From NCBI GenBank assembly GCA_963662285.2, contig CAXXMV010000002.1, positions 1,696,001 to 1,760,000 of the forward strand: a DNA stretch of 64,000 bases, written 5' to 3'. Shown one piece after another: positions 9,646-19,075 of this stretch. Position numbers and translations under genes: made by a program. Every line of letters begins with the position of its first letter. Within the stretch, counting starts at the first letter, position 1. The stretch comes from a bacterium (GTDB lineage Bacteria; Hinthialibacterota; Hinthialibacteria; Hinthialibacterales; Hinthialibacteraceae). Below the pieces are notes generated by a model, which saw only the letters and a program-made list of their open reading frames with translations, was not told the DNA's origin and made no database searches.

Positions 9646-11055
9646 ATGGAAAAATCAACCATTGCAGTAATACTTGGAAACAGAAATTTCTTTCCTGACC
9701 AGCTAATTTCCGCTGCCCGCCAGGATATTTTGAACCTATTCAATCAAATGAATATCGAACCAGTTATGCTGGATGAGAATCAAACCAAACTGGGATCAGT
9801 CGAAACCTGGGCGCACGCCAAACAATGCGCTGAACTTTTTAAAAAACATAGTGACAAAATCGATGGCATCCTTGTGTGCCTGCCCAATTTCGGCGACGAA
9901 AAAGGCGTGGCTGACGCCATTAAATTATCAGGGTTGCGCGTTCCAATTCTGGTGCAGGCTTATCCCGATGCTATGGATAAAATGAACCTTGAATGCCGTC
10001 GGGATTCCTTCTGCGGCAAAATCTCCGCTTGCAACAACCTTCGTCAGTATGGCTATGCCTTCTCATTGACCACCCAACATACCGTCGATCCCCTATCGGA
10101 CAGTTTCAAGGTTGATTTGCAGCGCTTCCTCGGCGTTTGCCGCGTCGTTAAGGGAATGCGGTCCGCCAGACTGGGCGCTATCGGGGCGCGTCCCAACGCT
10201 TTCAATACTGTGCGATACAGCGAAAAAATTCTCCAGGAATCCGGCGTCAGCGTCTCGACTATCGACCTATCAGAGATTTTCGGCAAAGCCCGGAAAATGG
10301 GCGACGATGATGCCAAAGTTAAAGCTAAAATCGAAGAGATTACCTGTTACGCCAACTGCACTAATTCTCCTGCTCAATCCATGCTCATGATGGCGAAACT
10401 GGCCATTGCTATAACCGACTGGATGGATGAACTGGAACTGGATGGCACGGCCATCCAGTGCTGGACCTCAATCCAGGAAAATTACGGCGTCAACTCATGC
10501 GCCCTGATGAGCCTGATGAGCGATAAATTAATGCCCAGCGCCTGCGAAGTCGACATCACCGGAGTCCTGGGCATGTACGCCCTGCAACTGGCCTCGCAAA
10601 CCCCCAGCGCCTTGGTCGATTGGAACAATAATTACGGTGACGATCCCAATAAATGCGTACTCTTCCATTGCGGAAACTGGGCTAAATGCTTCCTGCCCGA
10701 TATGAAAATGCAGGCATCGGACATCCTGGGCGCCATCCTCGGCGATGATAAAGCCTACGGCGCCGTCTCCGGCAGGACCGCAGGCGGACCCATGACATAC
10801 GCCCGCATCAGCACCGATGATAACATCGGCATGATCCGCGCCTATGTAGGAGAAGGCCAGTTCACCGATGATCCATTAACCAGCTTCGGCGCCAATGCTG
10901 TAGTTGAAATCCCCGGCATGCAAAACCTGCTGCACTATATCTGCTCTCAGGGCTTTGAACACCATGTAGCAATGAGCGCATCCAATTGCGCAGCAATTCT
11001 AGCTGAAGCCTTTGATAAATATCTATACTGGGATGTATATCATCACCAGGGATAA
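9646..11055 (+). CDS. L-fucose/L-arabinose isomerase family protein
   Basis: NFGDEKG, RRDSFCGKIS, AIQCWTS, ACEVD, FHCGN and GFEHH motifs. Start moved from 9616 to MEKST, which follows GGGGA. Confidence 0.85.
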   Translation: MEKSTIAVILGNRNFFPDQLISAARQDILNLFNQMNIEPVMLDENQTKLGSVETWAHAKQCAELFKKHSDKIDGILVCLPNFGDEKGVADAIKLSGLRVPILVQAYPDAMDKMNLECRRDSFCGKISACNNLRQYGYAFSLTTQHTVDPLSDSFKVDLQRFLGVCRVVKGMRSARLGAIGARPNAFNTVRYSEKILQESGVSVSTIDLSEIFGKARKMGDDDAKVKAKIEEITCYANCTNSPAQSMLMMAKLAIAITDWMDELELDGTAIQCWTSIQENYGVNSCALMSLMSDKLMPSACEVDITGVLGMYALQLASQTPSALVDWNNNYGDDPNKCVLFHCGNWAKCFLPDMKMQASDILGAILGDDKAYGAVSGRTAGGPMTYARISTDDNIGMIRAYVGEGQFTDDPLTSFGANAVVEIPGMQNLLHYICSQGFEHHVAMSASNCAAILAEAFDKYLYWDVYHHQG

Positions 11056-11061
11056 CCAAAC

Positions 11062-11125
11062 GTAGGATGGGACAAAGCAAAAAAAAATCATGGGTATGAT
11101 AACCACCCAAGCAGCGTGTCCCATC
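11062..11125 (+). repeat. GTAG-led REP-like hairpin, family B (GATGGGACA...TGTCCCATC), with an internal insertion
   Basis: Related copies at 22056-22087 and 53194-53226. Confidence 0.7.
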
Positions 11126-11148
11126 GTCTTATGCAACCACCCAAAAAT

Positions 11149-11182
11149 CCCTCTCCCAAGATTGGGAGAGGCTAGGTGAGGG
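11149..11182 (+). repeat. CCCTCTCCC-n-GGGAGAGG..GGTGAGGG palindromic repeat (family E)
   Basis: Closely similar copy at 17629-17662; degenerate inverted copy at about 34860-34883. Confidence 0.75.
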
Positions 11183-11225
11183 TTGATAACAACAACCCTT
11201 GCGCATTGCTACCAACATATTGCAT

Positions 11226-11246
11226 AATCATATTTCAAATATGATT
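11226..11246. promoter_or_regulatory. Perfect 10-1-10 inverted repeat (putative repressor operator) overlapping the -10 of the CGGC gene
   Basis: AATCATATTT-C-AAATATGATT; TTGCGC (11199) and CATAAT (11223) lie upstream. Confidence 0.6.
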
Positions 11247-11259
11247 TGGGGATAAAACA

Positions 11260-11688
11260 ATGATAGAAAACAAAGATTACATCGTCATCGTACAATGCCA
11301 CATCGTAAAAGAACGCTGCTCCGGATACCTATGCGAGAAAGCCTTCCATGAACGCGTCGGCGGCTTTGTTGATTACAGCCCGGACGTCAACTACCGCACC
11401 ATAAACATGACCTGTGGTGGATGCTGCGGCCTTGCCGTACAGCGCAAACTGAGCCATTTCTGTAAAAGCATTAAAAAGAAGGAAGCCATAACCAAAGACC
11501 GTATAGTGGTGCAGCTCTCATCCTGTATCACTCAGGATAACTACCACGGCCCGGCCTGCCCCCATATCGATTACATCAAAGACTTGATCAAACGCATTGG
11601 GCTGGATATCCACGAGAACACCTATCTCAGCATAAAAGCCGAACAAAGACGCCAGTCGGGCATCTACCAAATCCGCCACGAATCATAG
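11260..11688 (+). CDS. CGGC domain putative metal-binding protein
   Basis: QCHIVKERCSGYLC, TCGGCCG, LSSC and CPH motifs. Confidence 0.85.
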   Translation: MIENKDYIVIVQCHIVKERCSGYLCEKAFHERVGGFVDYSPDVNYRTINMTCGGCCGLAVQRKLSHFCKSIKKKEAITKDRIVVQLSSCITQDNYHGPACPHIDYIKDLIKRIGLDIHENTYLSIKAEQRRQSGIYQIRHES

Positions 11689-11701
11689 AAAACCATCCAA
11701 T

Positions 11702-11806
11702 GTAGGGTGCGCCCCTCGTGGGCGCCCGATATGCGGGCAGCCCTTGATCAAACCACCTACGATAGCCTACGCGTAGGGTGGGCTAAAAGCGATAGCGTAG
11801 CCCACC
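11702..11806. repeat. Cluster of GTAG-REP-like elements: family D 11702-11727, half family A 11738-11760 (inverted), family C 11773-11806
   Basis: GTAGGGTGCGCCCCTCGTGGGCGCCC; CAGCCCTTGATCAAACCACCTAC; GTAGGGTGGGCTA..TAGCCCACC. Located between convergent genes. Confidence 0.8.
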
Positions 11807-11833
11807 AAGGATAACTTAATATATCTGGCAACC

Positions 11834-14800
11834 CTATCCCCTCCCATGCAATACATCACACGCATGGTCAGCCAGAACCGATCGAATATCTCCCGCATAA
11901 TTATCAAGAATTTCTTTGCTCCCACCGCACTTGGCCAATGTTCTCCCGATAACCAATTCCAGATAGGCGCTGGAGAATTTCTGCTCTCCGTCAATACCTT
12001 TTTTGGCGGTGTATCCGCCGATAAATGGTTTAGCCGACAAAGCCTCCAACGCGGGGATGCATTTTTTATCCGCCAATAAATCCAGGCTGAAGCACAATGA
12101 AATAATCCGGTCGTAATTGGGGATGCGCCGCCAGTGCAGCCGGGGATTAGCTTGCTGCGGCCCTCCCGCTTCGGTCTGATTTACTATATCACACAGAGTA
12201 TCCAAAGCGCGTTTATCGCCCGATAATCCCAGCAATACAATAAGTTGGTTCACTCTCCAATAAACGCTGGTTTCACCAACAATCCCCCCATAGGGACGTT
12301 TGCTGGAATCAATCTCGCTGTGTTGAGGTTTATCCTTCAGCGCGTTCAGTTCCTGTAGAAGAATATCAACTCCTGTGTTCGATCCGAATCTCGCCAACGC
12401 CATCGCAACTAACAATTTATCTGATGCCTTGCTGGCATACGCTTCTTCAAGCAGAGGCAGCATCACGTTTTTATCTAAACAAAAACTCAGTAACAAAGCT
12501 TTGTCGTCGCCTTTAACCAAAGATTCAACCAGACTCTGCGCTGAGGGCGCCCCCGTATCAGGCGAGCCGATATCCTCTTGCCGGATAATACCTTTTTCCA
12601 ACAAGTGTTTTTGCAGTTTATTAATATCAATTGATCTCAACGAAATACGCCTGCCAGCCGCTTCCGCCGCCGCCATACCAATCGCGTAGCCCAGGTTTTG
12701 CTGGTCGCGCTGCATTCGCATAAAACAAAATGCATCACGGCTGGCCGACAGGGCCTTGCCGATAACCAACAGCCCCTCTATTCCCTTCGGCAGACAAACT
12801 CTATACGGTATGCGCACCAGTTTCTCATCGCGATGGTAAGGGATATATCCTAAACGGGCTAACAAAGAGCCTTGCAATCCATGAGAATCAAAATCGGTTA
12901 ATCCAATAGCGATTGCGTCTGGAAAACGGCGCTGCAAAAACACATCTTCTTCGCTGAAATGATAATCACCCTCGATATGTCTCGATTCGCGCACGCATGG
13001 AAACTGAGAAAAATCATAATCAACGCCATACTTATGACCGATCAATATTCCCCGTGAAGCATCGCGATTATTGGTGATATCGATTACGCCCAAATCAAGA
13101 TTTACGCCATTGACCTGTTTATTCAAACGCCAGTTGCACAGGTTGTAAGTTTGCAGGTCTCCGCCCCGCGCATCGCCCAGTACGCTTTTCACGCCCGACC
13201 AGACCGCCAGGTCTCCATCACCGGTCGCATCAATGGTCGCTTCCGATCTGATGACGCTCAGGCCATCCGCATTAAGAGCAATGATGCCTTTGACGCTTTT
13301 ACCTTCCAATACTACGCCTACCGCCTTGGTTCTAAAAAATATCTGACTATCATTCTTTCTGGTCTCATAGAATAGCGCCATCATCTTGGCTTCAACATTC
13401 CACGAAGACATCTTGAAACGCGCGCTGATTCGATCCGTCATATCATAGACTTTTTGATCAAGTTCTTTATTGAATCCACCACTATATCCATGATAGTAAT
13501 TATTGATGCCGCCCAGCGTCCCGGTTCCGCCCAGACCGGAAAAAGCATCGACCACCGTAACTTTACCCGTCATACGCCCTGCGGAAATCGCAGCCGACGC
13601 CCCCGCCGTCCCCCCGCCGACCACCAGTACATTACAGGCATCCATCTGGGGAAGATTCTTCGCCGCTGGTAAATCCAATGCATAGAATTCCAAACTGAAA
13701 CGGTGATCATATTGTTGCTGGGGCGACAAAGCATTGAACGCAAATTCCCGCTGATTCATGCGTACCATCAGGTCTTCGGACGCAGGTGAAACTTTCACTC
13801 CGGCAACCCGTTCAGATATGGCGTCAACCATTGATGTGATCTTTAGATTCATTTTAAGCAGATCGTCGCCATCCCATGTTTCATGCAGCATATCACCGCC
13901 ATTGCATACAAAAAGATTACGGCAATCTTTAATCTCATTTGCGCTATTTACATCCACCGAATAGAGCGGCGGCATTCGCAATTCCGAAGAAGACTGAACG
14001 ATAACTGCATCTCCGAATTTTTCCGGCATATCTTTCTTTAGATATGCCGCCAGCAAAATAGTTATAGTCCTGGCCCCGGTCTCCCAACTCATTATCTCTT
14101 TATAATCAACGCTATTGCAAGTTATGGGGATCAAAAACTCAACATAGGCATGGCCTTGACCCATACCCCCAGGATGAATCATGATCCGGTTACCGGATAC
14201 GCCAAGATTGGATGGGATGTCTATAGTTTCAATTTTCACGTCGCTAACCGAGAAATATTCAATTACTCTACGAACCGAAAATTGATCAACAACCTGCTTG
14301 ATCTTCGATCCAGCCATACGCGCCACGCCATAATCTTCGCTGCAATCAATCACAGTCTTGGCCAGGATAGTTTGCAAGCCGCTCTTATTACCAACCACGA
14401 CTCCTGCAACGCGGTCTTTATACATCAATGTTCCAGCAACTTGCGACATAAACAGAACATCAACCCCCGCCCCTTGCAACGACTTAAGCAGGTTCTTCTT
14501 CAAGACGCCTAAGTGCAGTGGAGTCTCAACTGCTTTGGATAATCCTTTAATGTTCTCTCCACCAAACAGCATATCTTTCAAATCATCACTGATATTCTCA
14601 ATGCCATTGGTCTTAATCCAGGGGCGTAAAGTTGCGGCGATATCACTGCCCAGAAAACTACGCGATTCAACCAGCAGAACTCTATTGCCCTGCTTAGCCG
14701 CTTTAATCGCAGCCAGACATCCCGCGATGCTGCCATTAACAACCAGTACATCAACATCCTTTTTTACAGACGCAGAACTGGATTTTCCAAAAGCAGGACT

Positions 14801-14863
14801 ATTTATCAAAGTGACCGCCGAACCAGCAGCCAACATGCTTCCCAAAAAATCACGACGTTTCAT
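11834..14863 (-). CDS. TAT-exported protein with two FAD-dependent oxidoreductase domains and a C-terminal HEAT-like region
   Basis: MKRRDFLG twin-arginine signal; DVLVVNGSIAG and NVLVVGGGTAG Rossmann motifs; IDATGDGD, RESRHIEG and IPYRVCLP motifs. Confidence 0.8.
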   Translation of the reverse strand: MKRRDFLGSMLAAGSAVTLINSPAFGKSSSASVKKDVDVLVVNGSIAGCLAAIKAAKQGNRVLLVESRSFLGSDIAATLRPWIKTNGIENISDDLKDMLFGGENIKGLSKAVETPLHLGVLKKNLLKSLQGAGVDVLFMSQVAGTLMYKDRVAGVVVGNKSGLQTILAKTVIDCSEDYGVARMAGSKIKQVVDQFSVRRVIEYFSVSDVKIETIDIPSNLGVSGNRIMIHPGGMGQGHAYVEFLIPITCNSVDYKEIMSWETGARTITILLAAYLKKDMPEKFGDAVIVQSSSELRMPPLYSVDVNSANEIKDCRNLFVCNGGDMLHETWDGDDLLKMNLKITSMVDAISERVAGVKVSPASEDLMVRMNQREFAFNALSPQQQYDHRFSLEFYALDLPAAKNLPQMDACNVLVVGGGTAGASAAISAGRMTGKVTVVDAFSGLGGTGTLGGINNYYHGYSGGFNKELDQKVYDMTDRISARFKMSSWNVEAKMMALFYETRKNDSQIFFRTKAVGVVLEGKSVKGIIALNADGLSVIRSEATIDATGDGDLAVWSGVKSVLGDARGGDLQTYNLCNWRLNKQVNGVNLDLGVIDITNNRDASRGILIGHKYGVDYDFSQFPCVRESRHIEGDYHFSEEDVFLQRRFPDAIAIGLTDFDSHGLQGSLLARLGYIPYHRDEKLVRIPYRVCLPKGIEGLLVIGKALSASRDAFCFMRMQRDQQNLGYAIGMAAAEAAGRRISLRSIDINKLQKHLLEKGIIRQEDIGSPDTGAPSAQSLVESLVKGDDKALLLSFCLDKNVMLPLLEEAYASKASDKLLVAMALARFGSNTGVDILLQELNALKDKPQHSEIDSSKRPYGGIVGETSVYWRVNQLIVLLGLSGDKRALDTLCDIVNQTEAGGPQQANPRLHWRRIPNYDRIISLCFSLDLLADKKCIPALEALSAKPFIGGYTAKKGIDGEQKFSSAYLELVIGRTLAKCGGSKEILDNYAGDIRSVLADHACDVLHGRG

Positions 14864-14931
14864 AATCGCCTCACTTATTTCGTTTTGTTCCCGGTGGAAT
14901 CAAAACTATGCCCCCGTTGAGCATTTCGTAT

Positions 14932-14979
14932 GGGCGCCAAGGGCAAGACCGCATTGCGGTCAGCCCTTGATCAAGCCAC
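14932..14979 (+). repeat. Family A palindromic repeat, full copy
   Basis: GGGCGCCAAGGGCAA-GACCGCA-T-TGCGGTC-AGCCCTTGATCAAGCCAC; other copies at 31244, 49544 and 50465. Confidence 0.85.
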
Positions 14980-15039
14980 TTTATTATAACAAATTGAATA
15001 TCCTTTTTATTTTCAATATCGGGTATTTATCATAGTTTA

Positions 15040-15711
15040 TTAGTTTTCCGTTTCTTTCCTGGTGGAATCTAATCGATGTCCACCGTTAAGGATTTCTAAA
15101 ACGCTCTTCTTTGAATCCAACATCCATTCCTGATATATCTCTTTTTTAAAGTTAGCCCGGTATTCACGTATGTTTCCATCGTCTTGATATTCATATATGT
15201 ATTGGATGAAATATTCATTTTTACCCTTGTTGCGCGTCTTTATCTCAATTTTCTTGCTCTTTCCATCATCCCCATAAACCGTCCATGATTCAGGTACGCC
15301 ATAATGAGAATAAACCGTCGTCTTTTCCATCGTACCATCTTCCCTGTACCGCGCAATGTTAGGAATCAAAGGCCGCCGCTTCTGCGTTTGATCAATAGTA
15401 AAAGCATAGGCTTGGATCACATATTTCATCTGATCTTCATCAGTAAAAACAAAAGTTTTAATATTGCCGGTATGCTCCCATTGAATATATTCAGCAGTTT
15501 CCGTAAAGGCGACGGGAAACGTCAACGGCCCCGGAACCACAATCTCCTCCTCATCCCAGACTTTCTTCAACCGGCATTCAGAGGTATCTAAACTAAGCGG
15601 TAGATAAGTATTTTCGGGATGATCTTTAGGCAAGACGGATATCATGGCCACGCTGACCACAATGCCAGCGCAAACCGCATATATCACCAGAAAAATATAA
15701 CGTTTCTTCAC
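15040..15711 (-). CDS. Hypothetical membrane-anchored/exported protein
   Basis: GTG start with GAGGAG RBS; N-terminal hydrophobic helix; 223 aa. Confidence 0.65.
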   Translation of the reverse strand: MKKRYIFLVIYAVCAGIVVSVAMISVLPKDHPENTYLPLSLDTSECRLKKVWDEEEIVVPGPLTFPVAFTETAEYIQWEHTGNIKTFVFTDEDQMKYVIQAYAFTIDQTQKRRPLIPNIARYREDGTMEKTTVYSHYGVPESWTVYGDDGKSKKIEIKTRNKGKNEYFIQYIYEYQDDGNIREYRANFKKEIYQEWMLDSKKSVLEILNGGHRLDSTRKETEN

Positions 15712-15771
15712 AAATGAGCTCTCCTCAATAACCTATTCTAATTCTCTAACCATCAAATTCCCCTGTGTCAA

Positions 15772-15797
15772 GTAGGCTGCGCCCCTTGTGGGCGCCC
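15772..15797 (+). repeat. GTAG-REP-like family D copy
   Basis: GTAGGCTGCGCCCCTTGTGGGCGCCC. Confidence 0.75.
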
Positions 15798-15830
15798 AAG
15801 CCAATAGCCCATAAAAACCACAAATCCTTT

Positions 15831-15861
15831 AAAACAACAACGGGGCCGCAAAGCCCCGTTG
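15831..15861 (-). terminator. Intrinsic terminator after rplL
   Basis: Minus strand reads CAACGGGGC-TTTGCG-GCCCCGTTG followed by TTGTTTT. Confidence 0.7.
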
Positions 15862-15893
15862 ATTTATTCATGTAAAGATAATCGAAAACCGTC

Positions 15894-16274
15894 TTATTTA
15901 ATTTCAACAACGGCGCCGACTTCTTCCAGTTTGGCTTTAACTGCTTCAGCTTCTTCTTTGGTGACGCCTTCTTTAACGGCTTTAGGAGCGTTGTCAACCA
16001 ATTCTTTAGCTTCTTTAAGACCCAGGCTGGTGATTTCACGAACTACTTTGATAGCCTTGATTTTCTGTGATCCAGGGCTCATGAGCATAACGTCGAATTC
16101 GGTCTGCTCTTCAACAGCAGCGCCTTCACCAGGAGCGGCCATCATCATACCGGCCATTGGCGCGGCGGCGGTAACGCCGAATTTCTCTTCCATTTCGTCC
16201 GCTAACTCTTTCGCTTCAAGAAGCGTTAAAGCTGCGATATCCTCAAGTATTTTTTCTATTTTTTCGCTTGCCAT
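15894..16274 (-). CDS. rplL: 50S ribosomal protein L7/L12
   Basis: [42 protein letters not shown]; start MASEK follows AAGGAG. Confidence 0.98.
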   Translation of the reverse strand: MASEKIEKILEDIAALTLLEAKELADEMEEKFGVTAAAPMAGMMMAAPGEGAAVEEQTEFDVMLMSPGSQKIKAIKVVREITSLGLKEAKELVDNAPKAVKEGVTKEEAEAVKAKLEEVGAVVEIK

Positions 16275-16354
16275 CAGATAATACTCCTTCAAAAATTTAT
16301 TGTTTTTTATATTTATGTATAAAACTTATATCTATTAAAAACTTAAGACTAATC

Positions 16355-16888
16355 TTAAGCTGCATCTTCCAGTTTTTCGCAATAAGCCTTCATCAGTCCA
16401 TGCAATTTGTTGTGCAGACCCTTGACGCAACCCAGAACATTGCTGGCCGGGGCTTTGACGCTTCCCAAAATCATGGAATGCAGTTGATTCAGTGAAGGCG
16501 TCTTGGATAATATCGCTACCTGCGCTGCATCCAGATAATCTTCACCGACGACTCCGCCTCGAATCTCAATTTGATCATTCTTCTTAGCGAATTCCATTAG
16601 GATTTTCGCTGGTGCAACAGGATCATCTCCCGAGAAAATCACGCAGTTGGGACCAAGCAGCAAATTGTTGATATCTTCTTTATATGGCCGGTCAGCAATT
16701 ACCCGCTTCATCATACGGTTGCGAACAACTCGCATAACTCCACCTGCTTCACGAATTTGGTTGCGTAATGCCGATATCTTATCAACCGAAAGTTTGTGAT
16801 AGTTAAAAAGTAGAAAGCCGGCGGCTCCTTCAAGGTTTTCTGTATAAAGCTGAGTCAGTTTCTCTTTATCAGATCGTGTAACTGTCAT
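16355..16888 (-). CDS. rplJ: 50S ribosomal protein L10
   Basis: LRNQIREAGGVMRVVRNRMMKR, LLGPNCVIFS..DPVAPAKIL; position before rplL; GGAGGTG RBS. Confidence 0.95.
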   Translation of the reverse strand: MTVTRSDKEKLTQLYTENLEGAAGFLLFNYHKLSVDKISALRNQIREAGGVMRVVRNRMMKRVIADRPYKEDINNLLLGPNCVIFSGDDPVAPAKILMEFAKKNDQIEIRGGVVGEDYLDAAQVAILSKTPSLNQLHSMILGSVKAPASNVLGCVKGLHNKLHGLMKAYCEKLEDAA

Positions 16889-16952
16889 CTATCTTTCACC
16901 TCCTTCCAAATATATTTCTTATCATTAAATACTGCTTAACATTTACTATTTG

Positions 16953-17612
16953 TTATCTTCTGTCAGCGCTCACCGGATCAGGTTGAATCATCCATCCCGG
17001 TTCAAACGCCTCCTCTGTATTTTCCGTATCCCAATAACTCAAGCGCCAACAGCCATTATCACTCTGCGCCCGGTAGATAGTTGAATGCGGTACGTCAATC
17101 TTCACTGTCTCATCCGGCGGGATATCCGCCAGCAGGGACAGGATGATTCGGTTGATGGCGAAATGCGCCACGATTAACAGCGGCTCCGGTTCCTGCCATT
17201 GCTCAATACGTTCGACGATTTGCTGCGCCCGTGGAACTGCGTCCACATTGGCTTCGCCTTCCGGAGGACGATAATCCCACTTATTCTCAGTTCTTAAGAG
17301 CCACTGACCGGGAAATTTTTCTTCCAATTGCTCCAGCGTATTTCCTTCGAATGCGCCAAAAGAGACCTCGCTCAATTCTTGCACCGGCTCTACTTCAATG
17401 CCCGTTTCGGCTTGAATAATTCCCGCCGTCTGTCGCGCCCGTCCCAGTGGACTGATCAACGCTCGCTGAATACCCAACGGTTTCAATGCACGTGCGACGC
17501 AGGCGGCCTGTTGCTCGCCCAATTCTGATAACGGAGAATCCACCAGGCCTTGAAGCCGCCCTGCTTTATTGTAGAGCGTCTGACCATGACGGACGAAATA
17601 GATCGTTTTCAT
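16953..17612 (-). CDS. Histidine phosphatase (phosphoglycerate mutase family)
   Basis: YFVRHGQT, SPLGRARQT, LSEVSFGAFEG and IVAHFA motifs. Likely start is MKTIYF at 17612; the ORF-track extension runs through a repeat. Confidence 0.9.
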   Translation of the reverse strand: MKTIYFVRHGQTLYNKAGRLQGLVDSPLSELGEQQAACVARALKPLGIQRALISPLGRARQTAGIIQAETGIEVEPVQELSEVSFGAFEGNTLEQLEEKFPGQWLLRTENKWDYRPPEGEANVDAVPRAQQIVERIEQWQEPEPLLIVAHFAINRIILSLLADIPPDETVKIDVPHSTIYRAQSDNGCWRLSYWDTENTEEAFEPGWMIQPDPVSADRR

Positions 17613-17628
17613 AGATTCTTGCAGTACT

Positions 17629-17662
17629 CCCCTCTCCCCACGGGAGAGGGCCAGGGTGAGGG
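17629..17662 (+). repeat. Family E palindromic repeat
   Basis: CCCCTCTCCCCACGGGAGAGGGCCAGGGTGAGGG. Confidence 0.75.
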
Positions 17663-17697
17663 CGAATCTAAAAACACCACCCGTCAAACCTTCAATT

Positions 17698-17730
17698 AAA
17701 AAAGGCTCAATCCCCTAGAGATTGAGCCTT
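17698..17730 (-). terminator. Intrinsic terminator/attenuator downstream of the L10 leader
   Basis: Minus strand reads AAGGCTCAATC-TCTAGGG-GATTGAGCC-TTTTTT. Confidence 0.8.
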
Positions 17731-17785
17731 CGATCATTTTATTTAATAATTCTATAGCTCATTGAACTGTAGAAAAAACAATTTT

Positions 17786-17846
17786 GATCTTGGGGCGCCA
17801 ATCTCGGCAGGATATTAATCCAATCAGGAACCTGCTGTCTTCAATT
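17786..17846 (-). ncRNA. Ribosomal protein L10 leader (cis-regulatory RNA)
   Basis: Minus strand GAAGACAGCAGG-TTCCTGATTGGA-TTAATAT-CCTGCCGAG matches the L10-leader core that mimics the 23S rRNA L10-binding site; lies directly after rplA. Confidence 0.8.
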
Positions 17847-17881
17847 GATGCAACCGAATTTTTATATGTCTACTATTCCGA

Positions 17882-18592
17882 TTAAGCAGCCTTGGCGAAA
17901 TCACGCAAAGTACTTGTTTCAACTTTAACGCCGGGACCCATAGTTGTTGACAAATACATGCTTTTTATATAGGTGCCTTTAGCTGAAGTAGGTTTAGCTC
18001 GAATCAGAGTACGGATAACCATCTGTAAATTACCCATCAATTGATTCTCGTCAAATGACGCTTTGCCTACCGGAACATGAACTCCGCCGAATTTATTAGC
18101 GCGGTATTCGATACGGCCAGCCTTGAACTCTTCTACGGCTTTACCTATTTCGTTAGTAACCGTACCAGTCTTGGGGTTTGGCATCAGGCCGCGGGGACCA
18201 AGCACTTTACCCAATCGACCGACATGCCGCATCATATCAGGAGAAGCGATAGCTAGATCAAAATCCATAAATCCTTCGCTAATCTTTTTAGCCAGGTCTT
18301 CGCTTCCGACAACATCCGCGCCCGCTTCTTTGGCTTCAGTAGCCAGGTCGCCTTCGGCGAACACGGCAATTCTTACAGTTTTGCCGGTTCCATTAGGAAG
18401 CGATACTGTTCCGCGCAGCTGCTGATCTGCTTTTCTTGGATCAATTCCCAAATTAACCACTAATTCAACCGTCTCATCGAATTTGGCTGTGGCGCACTTT
18501 TTCACCAACTTGATAGCCTCATCCAGGTTATAAGCGGAAACTACATCCAGTCCTTCAATTGTCTTGTTAAAACGTTTGCCATGCTTGGGCAT
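17882..18592 (-). CDS. rplA: 50S ribosomal protein L1
   Basis: [50 protein letters not shown]. Confidence 0.99.
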   Translation of the reverse strand: MPKHGKRFNKTIEGLDVVSAYNLDEAIKLVKKCATAKFDETVELVVNLGIDPRKADQQLRGTVSLPNGTGKTVRIAVFAEGDLATEAKEAGADVVGSEDLAKKISEGFMDFDLAIASPDMMRHVGRLGKVLGPRGLMPNPKTGTVTNEIGKAVEEFKAGRIEYRANKFGGVHVPVGKASFDENQLMGNLQMVIRTLIRAKPTSAKGTYIKSMYLSTTMGPGVKVETSTLRDFAKAA

Positions 18593-19020
18593 CAGTCCAC
18601 TACCTCGATTCCCATAGATCGTGCGGTTCCAGCAATCATGTTGGCCGCATTACTAATGTCAAATGCGTTAAGATCTTCCATCTTCACTTTGGCTATTTCT
18701 TCACATTGCGCACGAGTCACCTTACCGACTTTTTTACGGTTAGGAACAGGGGAACCTTTAGCCAATTTAGCCGCTTTCTTGATCAGTACGGCTGCGGGAG
18801 GCGATTTGGTGATGAAAGTGAAGGAACGATCCTGATAAACGGTAATCACAACCGGAATAATCATCCCGGGCTGATCCTTGGTTCGTTCATTGAACTGCTT
18901 GCAAAAATCCATGATATTAATGCCATGCTGACCAAGAGCCGGGCCTACGGGCGGCGCTGGATTAGCCTGACCTGCTGGACACTGCAACTTGATGAGCGCC
19001 ATTACTTTTTTCGGGGGCAT
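18592..19020 (-). CDS. rplK: 50S ribosomal protein L11
   Basis: [33 protein letters not shown]. Confidence 0.99.
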   Translation of the reverse strand: MPPKKVMALIKLQCPAGQANPAPPVGPALGQHGINIMDFCKQFNERTKDQPGMIIPVVITVYQDRSFTFITKSPPAAVLIKKAAKLAKGSPVPNRKKVGKVTRAQCEEIAKVKMEDLNAFDISNAANMIAGTARSMGIEVVD

Positions 19021-19075
19021 ATTTCTTACTCCTATCCGTTTTTAATTAAACGGAGATCAAACGAATCATTATAGA

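Noticed and set aside
17613-17687. 25-aa N-terminal extension of the phosphatase
   Set aside because: It is a translation of the family E repeat; the family domain begins at MKTIYFVRHG.
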